In this document: positions 22,201 through 30,600 of the stretch, in pieces
Position numbering within the stretch: the stretch's first letter is position 1
Layout of the letters: each line of letters starts with the position of its first letter
DNA from: Rhizaria sp. SCN 62-66
Lineage: Eukaryota
DNA length: 64,000 nucleotides
Reading direction: 5' to 3'
Assembly (NCBI GenBank): GCA_001724265.1
Contig: MEDY01000084.1
Location: 1 to 64,000, forward strand
Notes under the pieces: generated by a model
The model's database searches: none
What the model was told of the DNA's origin: nothing
Seen by the model: only the letters and a program-made list of their open reading frames with translations
Made by a program: the position numbers and the translations under genes

Positions 22201-24232
22201 CGATCACGACCACACTGCCGGCCGGGCGCGCGCGTAGGGCGGCGGCCGCGTCGTTCACCGCCGCAGACGCGCTGCTCGCGGCACAGCTGGAGCCGGCGCC
22301 GGTGACTGGGAGCGGGGAGGCGGTCGTGGCGCACAGCGCGGGCGGCGGCGGCGAGAGCGCGGCGACCGAGACCGGCACGAGCAGCAAGCCGGAGGGCTGT
22401 GCGAACGCGTGGCCGTCGCCGTCGCCGCCGCCTGTGTGGAACTGGGACTCGGGGCCGTCGTAGCCAATCATGTGCTGCTTACTGTGTGTGTTGCCATTGC
22501 CCGCGCCCTGCTCCCAGCGCAGCGCGGACTGCTGCGACGCCGCGGAGGCCGCAGCCGTGGCCGTGAGCGCGGCCGCGAGCACGGGCGCCTCGCCCAGCGC
22601 GGCCTCAACGGCGACGCGGTACCACTTGGAGCGCGTGAGCGGGTTCCCGGTCAAATCGACTGAGACCAGCCGCGGGCACTGCGAAAGCACCGCCACGGCC
22701 TCCGCCAGGTCGCCCAGGCAGTTGTGCGAGAGGTCAACGTGCGTGAGCGTGTTGCGCAGCGGCAGCAGGCACGCGAGCGACGTCAGCCGGTTATGCGCGA
22801 GACCTAAGTGCGTAATCTGAGGCACCAAAGCCGTCGCCTCAGCAGCCTCGGCCACATCGCCGCTGCGGCACTGCTGCAGAGCAGAGAAATGCCGTCCCAG
22901 CGCCGCGCGTGCCGCGGCGTGCATGTCGCCCATCGGCAGCGCACCCCCCGCCGCCGTACTATGGCCCGCCTCCTCAGGATCCTGCGGCGTGGCTGTGAGC
23001 AAGCCGGTGAAGTCAGCCACTTCGATCCTGTTCCCGAACGCAGCAAGCACGGTGACCGTGGGCGGCACGTTCTGCAGCGCCCGCAGCGCGTTGCGACTGA
23101 GGTTGAGCTCGGTGAGCGCGCCCAGCCCGCGCGCGGCGGCAGCGTCGAGCGCGCGCACGCCAGCGGCAGAGAGGTCGACTGAGTGCAACTGCGCCAAGAG
23201 GTCAGATCCAGATAGCGAGCCGGCGGGCGCGGCGGTGTGGTGCGCGCGGCCGCGGACGCGCGGCGGCGGCGGGGCCGAGAGCGTGGGCGCGAAGGGCCGC
23301 GGGGACGACTCGGGGAACGAGCGCGTGCTCGCGAGAGAAGCCTTGGGGTCGTCACCACCGGCTGTCCGCGTCAGAGTCTTCGTCGAGCTGCTGTTGCTGT
23401 TGCTCTTGCTGAGAGTGCGTGTGTGTGATTGAGAGGCTGAGGTTGTGGCCGTGAGCGCGGCGGCGGCGCGGGGCTTGTGCGGCGCCGCGGCAGGGCCGAT
23501 CGGGGGCAGCGACATTGGCACAGCACCAGCACTCGCAGCCGCCGTGCCAAAGGTGCCGTGGGTTGACGTGGAGCTGCCGACCGTGCTGTTCAGGGGCTTG
23601 CCGCGCGCGAGCGTGGCCGCCGCAGTCGCTGAGGGCACGGGGGACGCGACGGCGGTGGAGTAGTAGTCCGAGGTGAGCAGTCCGGTCGAGGAGAAAGTCT
23701 GTTGTGCGGCGGCAGCGCTGAGCGCGGGCGGACGCAGGGAAGACGGGTAGAGCTTCTGCTGGGTCGCGGTGTGCACTGCGGCGGCGCGCAGGGACGCCAG
23801 CAGCTGGGGGCGCAGCGCGGAGAGTGTGTCGCTAAAATGGGTCAATACAGTGAAGCGGGTGGCAATTGGAGTGAGAATGGTTTGATCAAACCAGAGAGTG
23901 TGCAAAGCTTGTGCAAAGCTTACACACAGGTTGAGATGTTGAAGAACGTACACGAGTGACTGGGCCTCGGGACTGAAGGCTGTCTTGGCTCTGAGAGGTG
24001 CAGGACGGGCGCGGGTGCCGTCAAAGTCAGCTTCCAGCACAGGGGCGTTGTATGCGTCCTCGCTAAAAGTGTAGGCAAGCGCCTCAGGTGGGAAGTGGCC
24101 CTCAGGAGTGAGCAGTGCCGGTGAGGGGGAGAAACCGCTGACCGGGACAATTCCGATGTCTGCGATGTGCTTCCACAACGCAGATGAAAAATCCATAGGA
24201 TTCCTAAACAAATCAAAGTGGTTAAAATACAT
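16286..24232 (-). CDS. Large LRR protein, LRRC43-like (cilium-associated family); start at ATG 24232 or 24196
   Basis: Uninterrupted ~2640-codon ORF. LRRs LTELNLSRNAL, VPPTVTVLAAFGNRI, ITHLGLAHNRL, LTHVDLSHNCL and cap LVSVDLTGNPL..KWYR. Scattered beta-strand segments (YAFIVSL, HSEPAPW, VVVTLQR, SVVARMWLN) follow the order I recall for LRRC43. The LRR call is firm; the orthology is tentative. Confidence 0.72.
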   Translation of the reverse strand: MYFNHFDLFRNPMDFSSALWKHIADIGIVPVSGFSPSPALLTPEGHFPPEALAYTFSEDAYNAPVLEADFDGTRARPAPLRAKTAFSPEAQSLVYVLQHLNLCVSFAQALHTLWFDQTILTPIATRFTVLTHFSDTLSALRPQLLASLRAAAVHTATQQKLYPSSLRPPALSAAAAQQTFSSTGLLTSDYYSTAVASPVPSATAAATLARGKPLNSTVGSSTSTHGTFGTAAASAGAVPMSLPPIGPAAAPHKPRAAAALTATTSASQSHTRTLSKSNSNSSSTKTLTRTAGGDDPKASLASTRSFPESSPRPFAPTLSAPPPPRVRGRAHHTAAPAGSLSGSDLLAQLHSVDLSAAGVRALDAAAARGLGALTELNLSRNALRALQNVPPTVTVLAAFGNRIEVADFTGLLTATPQDPEEAGHSTAAGGALPMGDMHAAARAALGRHFSALQQCRSGDVAEAAEATALVPQITHLGLAHNRLTSLACLLPLRNTLTHVDLSHNCLGDLAEAVAVLSQCPRLVSVDLTGNPLTRSKWYRVAVEAALGEAPVLAAALTATAAASAASQQSALRWEQGAGNGNTHSKQHMIGYDGPESQFHTGGGDGDGHAFAQPSGLLLVPVSVAALSPPPPALCATTASPLPVTGAGSSCAASSASAAVNDAAAALRARPAGSVVVIDGVPAHPQIAAAGAQRLRAALAALHGVRVAQKPRAKGNVLAGNIGGAGGNALQLAAIAGAAAAAAQAAEAGAVTVARLAALAPAAAAAALASATVSGTGAESQAARFSLAVASAVAATATASGSACSVGEVAAAVARRLVYAPPAALSNRASAGASSSASAAAPASVLSASVSIGAGLASLADYTAALLAPVLVSKHAGSSYNSAATTVTAKAPGAALAAATADPSLTGLTGAFTATAAAAAASAASAASAYASASNSVSDGSAGVSPSTSPAPEPGRHLGRAARALSPPPAAGGPAASATAAAQTQQPVPATVAAAAAGGIGAWQLCAPLTAPLAATSAATVATAAAAAGASARVSAAALAPAPLLGAVTTSLTAAGGVATVNAYAGGTSAGAGAVTPATAAATAVAAVLALAANPPPAPAPAAAPSVEAAAAAAAAATAAAAPAPAPGRRFGASSLRPNAATSAAAMGVNSSGSGAPGAGAGAGAGLSSRQAAAAAALAAAAQPQREAEVAARVARVRALRAAARAWAAEADAAVTAAAVAAAAGTVWSLSIASPPSGGVGARQLRARPLPLPLPLALPPRSAGPARPLRFVTEAGNVLSLRFPPSSFNVSSNGIAGAAGYCAPVAAATATAATAAGVIAAAGLGFTSLAARVTGLRSLPDPYALAPEADSAWAVAEAAAARAALFALLGHTPASHAAAIAASAAPAPPPALAAPGALPGASSGSGSGGAPPPLQQQNSLPGLGSPARARRCANAQPSSAAASSHATSAVAAAPAVAMAVAPVAPTPAQLAAAAAVAAAAAAAAPAFARVGSVSNPSISITAGSVGTANAAASEPWFALGVTAPASALVAHGARCDDEWSQGESTAQGLGDLHASAWVRAMNQQPTVASNTNNTGDNTNAQAHAHSANAASAPAQAPSPLPSPSPSPSLPVGLWRRNARAVELLLEVASPALPPPSADPTSAAAAAAARAERDRARDWASAHTGAHGGVGGAAGRAGARSSCDLNRAVAVHGHIAAWGAGAALDNSMNALSESVWGAPQPQPQSHAPQSSQAQLTGVYQCALMYDAVTGVVGARSAILPLPPSSASTTAITVSTGAASATAQESKHRAPQVSSLTAAAAAAAATAAASASAAAASAATSAATDAAQPGTPTSGGSFNATAGGGNAAAGTAAVATPTAGAANVGASSKSGRGAGATAAAAAAAAAAAAADAASAAAAGAAASASPSAPRLLRAHAPTAETSFFAFGPRAPAAPTAADLFLQSFVVPARGSAVADPDAVVRATAAAATAAPASIVPSPLPSAAAAAAAAAASAAGATVAGKGSKRAGAAGSSSTGGSGAASAAAAGAAGAVSAGGPGAGSLPTTTSPAATAALGSAAGLRVARGPMCFFSEGSVVKPLAPCAAAAAAGLYTPPQGTTTGAGGGAGSAAAAAAAAATAATAAAAGAGRLSFTLASTVEYAFIVSLVLPDGTVAHSEPAPWPGAAAAGGCIAAAVGALTVTPLCSVTGAAGAAVGDALAADWGPGAEVRVVVTLQRTLASTLSVSDWALSTTSAAEAGPGSLAAPGAASADAAPASSGTGAGAGAGGKNSRRKPVEVASYSLVRTDTRRTRETQQSTFAVARLPYGALFARARSDALASPLAANAVKPALVVLVDAADNSSDCGNSNSGDLNIHDGGDSASVVAVLPTVASSSDTPVELRALSIPTPSLASAAAAAAAATSAAASDAATAAAAAIAGASVAAQGPRRSIFGAKGARPGATGPGAAGAGSGSGATGKGAASAAAQAQSLVAAQAQVAAAAAAQQELEAEAAAETAMERALRVWPCDFNPALFAPIAARANAGEAVVEAPLRLALLAAHTDADADADADADADAASDPDSTGDADADADAEADAEGESLTAAPAAAAAASAATAAFARIVPVGMSKDPVERARNPWLAGPAAAAEDEETTVEVPGMSVVARMWLNASDAMVFEQD

Positions 24233-24324
24233 ATGAGCGGCGGTTTCTTTGTTAACGGTGACTGCAGCGCACACAAAAGCGTTTCATTTCGACGTTAGTA
24301 CCCTGTTCTCACTCTTTCTTGGAG

Positions 24325-24360
24325 GTCGGCCTGTCGGTCGGTCGGTTGCCAGCAGTCGGT
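24325..24360. promoter_or_regulatory. Candidate (GTCG)n-GTTGCC element in a divergent intergenic region
   Basis: GTCGGTCGGTCGGTTGCC here; a related reverse-complement copy at 45672-45700; a looser one at 53995-54045. All three lie between head-to-head genes. Confidence 0.35.
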
Positions 24361-24683
24361 GGCAGACTGGCGGGGACTGTCCGTTGAGACGATCTTGATC
24401 TACACATGAAGCGACGTGGTAAATCAGTAGAAATGCGGTATAACAATTGATGTGAATTTTACGTGGGTTGGTAATGGTGTACACTTAATAACACTTTGTA
24501 AAATTGACGCTTTATTGATGGTTTCTTTGTTTTAAAAGTTGACAATTCCCAACGGCTACATGACACGAGCCGCATGAAACCCCAGTCTTGAACCCACTAA
24601 TCCCTTTTGCCTATCTTTGATCCTACCTTACCGCGATATAGGCAGAATCTTGCTGTGCTCCAGCGGTTTCTTCAAGAAGAACT

Positions 24684-27600
24684 ATGAGCACAAATAGAGG
24701 GGCTACCTCAGCCTCCCATACAGTGTACGTCCCTCTCTTCGCCCAACCTAGCACCTTCTGCGTCCACACGCGACGCTCTCGTCACAGAAACTCTCACTAT
24801 CGCTTTATTTTCGCTGTTCTTCCCCCTTGCAGCCCGCCGTCGCCGATGCGTCCGCCGGTCGGCCGCGCATCCCTAGCGCCAGCCACGCCCGCCGCAACCC
24901 CCAAGCGTCCCGCCACCGCTCTGAGCCGCCGTGACTCGCTCTCCGCCGCCGCCTCCGCCGCCGCCGCCACCGTCGCCCCCGCTGCACGCGCCGGCCCGTC
25001 GATCGCCGCGCTCTCGCTCTCGACGACCCCGCGCCGCGCTGCCGCTGCCGCCGCCGGCGCCCCGTCGACGCCCGCCACCGCCCCCGCCGGCTCCGAGCTG
25101 ACGTACAACGCAAACGCCGCCAACGGTGTCAGTAACGGTGTCGATGGGCTTGGCCCAATGCCCCCGCCTTCGGCGCGCGCACCCGCGTCTGCCACCGCGC
25201 GCCGCCGCATTAGCCTTGCGGCCGGCGGCTCGGTCGGCGCCGCCTCAGGTACGGGCTCGTTCGTGCCCTCTGGAGCCCAGACGGTCAAGAAGCCGTTCGC
25301 CACTCTCCCGCGTCACCTCGCCTCCGAGCTCGCCGCTGCCGCCACAAATACCCACAGCGCCGCCGCCGCCGTCGGGCTTGCTTCCCCGCCCGCCGCAGCA
25401 CGCGCCGCAGCCGCAGCCGCCGCCGCGCGCCGCCACAGCGTCACCCCAGCTGCTGCCGCCGCCGCCGCCGCCGCCACCATGCGCGCCGCCTCTGGCTCTG
25501 GCCCCGGTACCAGCAATGCGGTGCGCCGTCTGTCGTCGATTCTGCCCCCGCCCACGGTCCCCGCGGGCTCCGCGGCAGCGGCAGGCGGAGCGAGGCGCGA
25601 CTCCGTCGGCGACTTGGATCTCCCGTCGCCCACCGTGTCGTCCGCCTCGCGTCGCCCCTCGGTCGCGTCTGTGGCATCCGTCGCCTTCTCCGCCGCTGCG
25701 GCCGCTGCGGCCACGCCTGTTGCGCCATCCATAGCGGCTCAGCAGCAGCAGGACCGTGTGCACGTGGTTGTCCGCATGCGGCCGTCGGCGATCGCGGCCA
25801 CCGAGGGCGTGTGCGCGCGTGCGAGCGCCAAGCATGTGCTGCTCATGGATCCGGACTTGGCGCCCACGCCCGCGCGCGCGCCGCAGAACGTGTACATGTT
25901 CGACCGCGTGTTCGACGAGAGCACGGACCAGCTCTCGCTCTTCTCTGAAGTCGGCGCCAACGCGGTCGATCAGGTCGTCGCCGGCTACAACGCGACCGTG
26001 CTTGCGTACGGCCAGACTTCCAGCGGCAAAACCCACACTATCAAGGGTTCCCCCGGCGACGGCCAGGAAGGCCTTATCCCGCAGTGCGCCGCACGTCTCT
26101 TTGACCAGATCTCCGCCCTCAACCGTGCCGCGCTCGCTGCCCATAGCGGCGGCGCCGCCGCAGAAGGCACAGCCACAAACAACGGCGCCGCGTCCGACAT
26201 TGTTTCGGGTAGCTACCGCATCGTCGTCGGCTATGTGGAGGTCTACTGCGAGCAAGTGTTCGACCTGCTTGCGCCCGAGGACGGCGCGCGCCTGGCCGTG
26301 CGCGAGCGCTTCGACCCGCCGGGCTTCTACGCCGAGGCGCAGACCGAGCTCGAGGTCGGCTCCGTCGCCGAGCTGCTCGCGGCGGTGCAGAAGGGCGACG
26401 ACCGCCGACGCGTCGCTGCCACGCTGCAGAACGAGCGCTCCTCGCGCTCGCACGCGATCCTGACCGTGGCGGCGCGCAAGTGTGAAGTCGACGACGGAGT
26501 GCTGGATCCCGCCAACGCGGGCCGCGTGCGGCACTTGACCTCAAAGCTAAACCTCGTCGATCTCGCCGGCAGCGAGAAGTTCAACGCGAACAAGGCGGCT
26601 GAGAGTATCAACATCAACCAGTCGCTGTCGACGCTCGCGTCGGTGATCCAGGCGCTTTCCCAGAGGCAGGCGTACGTTAGCTTCCGCAACTCCGAGCTCA
26701 CCAAGCTGCTCAAAGATTCCCTCTCGGGCCAGTCCAAGACGACTCTCGTCGCGTGTATCAACCCCACTCAGTCCAACCGCGCCGAGACGCTGTCCACGGT
26801 GCGCTTTGCCTACCAGGCCAAGTCGATTCCCGTTGACGCAAAGCGCTGGGCCGAGGACCAGGCGCGCGCGCGCGGCGAGCGGCTCGAGGAGAAGCTGCGC
26901 GAGTTCCGCGCCCTGCAGCGTAAGATGGCGACTGTCGAGGCCACGGTTGAGGCGCAGCAGCGCCGGCTCGAGGCCGCCAAGGAGATCCAGACTGGACAGC
27001 TTGTGCCGCAGCTAGACCGCCTGCTGCGTCGCGTCGAGGGCTCGGCGGCGTTCGCGCGCGTCAAGGGCGTGCTCGCGGATGCCGGTATCGGGCTCCCGCC
27101 GCCCGCGGTCAACAACGGCGTGAGCGGCGCCGCGGCCGCTGCTGCGACTGAAGCAAAGAGTGACAGCGAGGGCGAGAGCAGTGCGAACAACAACACTGTG
27201 AGCGCCGTTGACGACTGCGACAAGGAGAACAACAACGTCGCAAACAGCTCGACTGGAGTGCTGAGCAAGAAGTCTCAGTTCCTCACCGCGCCCACCGAGG
27301 CCTGCCCCAGCGCAGTCGCGAGCGGCCTCATGGCGTCGCCGCTCGCAGTCGCCCGCGTCACTCAGCAGACCGCAACCGCACCCGTCGACGCATTTGTCTC
27401 GCCGCAGAAGGCGCGTCTGGATATTAGCGTCACCGATGTCAGCGCCGCGGGCCCGTTGCTGTTGTCGCCGCAGTCGCTCGCAACGCGTATGACCGAGATC
27501 GGCTCCCCGCAGGACGCAGAGTACGTGCGCAAGTTCACCACCGTCATCAAGTACTGTGAGGCCCTCATCTCGTACACTGACCGCTTCTCATCTCCGTCTG

Positions 27601-30600
27601 TCGCGTCTCACGGTGCGATGCCGCGCGGTGCTCTGGCGTCGCCGGCGTCGCCCGCGCTGGGCCCACGCGGCGGATTCGGACTCGCGTTTGCGCCCCGCAA
27701 CGCGACTGCGGCCGGTGGAGCGCGTGCGGCGGGCATGGCGTCCCCGCCTAGTTTGACTGCTATGGGTGGCAATGCGGGAATGGGCATGTCGCCGCTCTTC
27801 GGCGGTCATGTTGCGCTTAAGAGCGAGCCCGCAGTCGGTGTCTCGCTCTTTGACAATGACAACGACGCCGACAGCGCGAAGAGTGAGCATAAGCAGAGTG
27901 ACGACGGCCCCAGTGCCGCGCTCGCCGCCGCCGAAAGCGCCGCGGCTGAGGCTCAGGCGCAGGCCGCCGCCGTGACGGCCGAGCTGGCTGAGGTGCGCAC
28001 ACAGCTCGCGGCTGCCGAGGTAGCTGCTGAGACCGCGGCCGCCGACGCCGAGGCCGCAGTCGCCGCCGCTGTGGCCTCCGGTGAGGCCGCAGCCGCGCAG
28101 GTTGTCAGCGCGCTGCAGGAGAAGGCTGACGAGGCTGCTACAGAGTACGCGCGCGCGCGGTCGGCGCTCGAGGTCGAGCTCGAGGCAGAGCGCGAGCGCA
28201 GCGCGCTGCAGCGGAGAGAGGTGCAGCGCCTGGCACGCGAGTGTGAGGAGCGAGAGTGTGCCGGTGACGACAAAGAGCGCGCTCTCGCTGCAGTCAACAC
28301 CGCGCTGGTCGCCGCGAACAGCGAGCTTGCTGCTGCTCAGTTTGCGCTCTCTGTCGCCAACAGTGAAGTGAGCGCCAAGAGTGCTGAGCTTGATGTTGCG
28401 AGCGCAGCTACTGCTGCCTGCACCGTTGAGATCCTTGCCCAAACCATTGCATTTGACTCGAAATCCGCCGAGCTTGAGTCCAAGACTGCTGAGCTTGAGA
28501 CAAAGACTGCGGAGTACGACAGCAAATGCGTTGAGTACATGACCAAGTGTTCTGAACTTGACGCTAAGGCCGCCGAACTCAACTCTAAGAGCGTTATGTT
28601 CGAGGCGAAGTGCTTCGAGCTCAACTCGAAGACCGCCGAGTACGATGCAAAGTGCCTTGCGTTCGACGCTAAGTGCTCCGAGTACAACATTACGGCCGCT
28701 GAGCTCCAGTCTACGTCTGTTGAGCTTGAGTCCAAGACCGCTGAGCTGCAGGCCATGCGCGCTGAGTTGGAGACTAAGTCAGCTGACTACGCCGCGAAGT
28801 GCGCCGAGCTTGAGGCCGCTCAGTCTGTCATCACCGCGGCTGCTGCTAAGATGACTGAGCTTGAGACTGCGCTGGCTGCTAAGACCGCGGAGGCCGATAG
28901 TATCCGAGCTGAGCTTGAGATCAAGAACAGCGAGCTTGTCAGCGTGTCTGCTGAGCGTGACGCAAAGAACAGCAAGATTGAGAGTATGAACGCAGAGATT
29001 GCAAGCAAGAGCGCCGAGATCGCGAACAAGACTGCTGAGCTTGAGACGAAGAACAACGCGCTCGGCGCCAAGAACGCCGAGTTTGAGGTCAAGAGCGCTG
29101 CCTTTGACGCCAAGTGCAGCGAGCTCGATGCTAAGACTGCCGAGGCCGCAAAACTCACGCTTGAGCTCGCGAGCAAGGACCTCGAGATGCAGGCCCAGGC
29201 CGCCGAGCTCCGCGCGCGCGGCGCTGAGGGCGCTGCTAAGTCTGCGGAGGCGAACGCGCGTGCCGCGGAGCTTGAGTGCCTGCGCGTACAGCTTGGCGAT
29301 GGCAAGGCGCGCTTCGCTGAGCTTGAGACCAAGTACAACGGCCTCGAGTCCAAGTGTGCTGATCTTGAAACGAAGTACACCGCTGCGAAGGACGACAGCA
29401 TTGTTGCTGCAGAGCAGTACAAGGCTGACTGCGCCGCTGCTGTCACTGCTGAGACCTCGCGCGCTGAGGCTGCGAAGGTTGAGCTCGCTGCCGTTGAGAG
29501 CAAGCTGGCCGCTGCTGAGAGCAAGGCCGCTGACGCCGAGTCCAAGGTTGTCGACACGGAGAGCAAGCTGAGCTTGACTGCCGACAAGCTCCGTGATGTG
29601 GAGACGCAGTTCACTCTTACTGTGAACAAGCTTAGTGCCTCTGACGCCAAGCTCTCCGCGACTGAGGTGCAGCTCACTGCTGCTGAGAGCAAGCTCGCTG
29701 ATGCTCATACTGCTTTGACGCAGAGTGAGACGGTCATCGCCGAGACCAAGGCTGCTCTGCTAGAGGCCAACGATAAGCTTGCCAGTGCTATTGGCGCCGC
29801 GCGCGCCTCCGAGAGTGACAACAGCGCTGCGCTTGCGGAGGTTCGCTCCCAGCTTGAGGCCGCCAATGTCAGCTTTGCCGCTGCTCAGGCTGCTGCTGAA
29901 GCCGCTGAGGCTGCCAAGAGCGTTGCTGAGGCCAACCAGGCTGCTGCTGAGGCTGCTGCTGCCAAGGCCGCTGCAACTGCCGCTGCCGCCGTTGCCGCGA
30001 AGACCGAGGCTGAGGCGGCGCAATCCGCTGCTGAGGCTGTGCAAGCCGCTGCGGAGGCTGCTAAGTCCAACGCAGAGGCTTCACAGGCCGCCGCCGAGGC
30101 TGCCATGGCTGTTGCGGAGGACGAGAAGAATGTTGCGCTGAGTGCGAAGGCTGCCGCTGATGCTACCGCTTCCGCTGCAACCGCTGCTGCTATTGCTGCC
30201 GAGGCTGCCGCTGCCGTTACCGCCACTCAGCTCGCTGAGACGACTGTCGCTCTGGCTGACAAATCCGCGACGCTCACCGCAACCGAGGCCGAGCTCCGCG
30301 CCGCTCATCGCGCCACTGAGAACGCGAACGAGGCGCACGCCGCCGCCACGCGCGCGCTCGCTGCCCGCGAGGCCGAGCACGCGTCGCTGATGTCGACGCT
30401 CGCCAGCGCAAACCAGGCCGGCGACTCCGCTGCCAAGACCGTGACCGCGCTCACCGACGCCGTCGCTGCGGCGCGCGCTGACGCTGCCGCCGCCGACGCG
30501 CGCGCACGCAGCGCCGAGGACAACGCCCGCGCTGCGCGTGCCGCCGCGGAGGACGCCGAGGCGGCTCTGCGCGCGCAGCACAACGCTGCCACGGCCGCCG

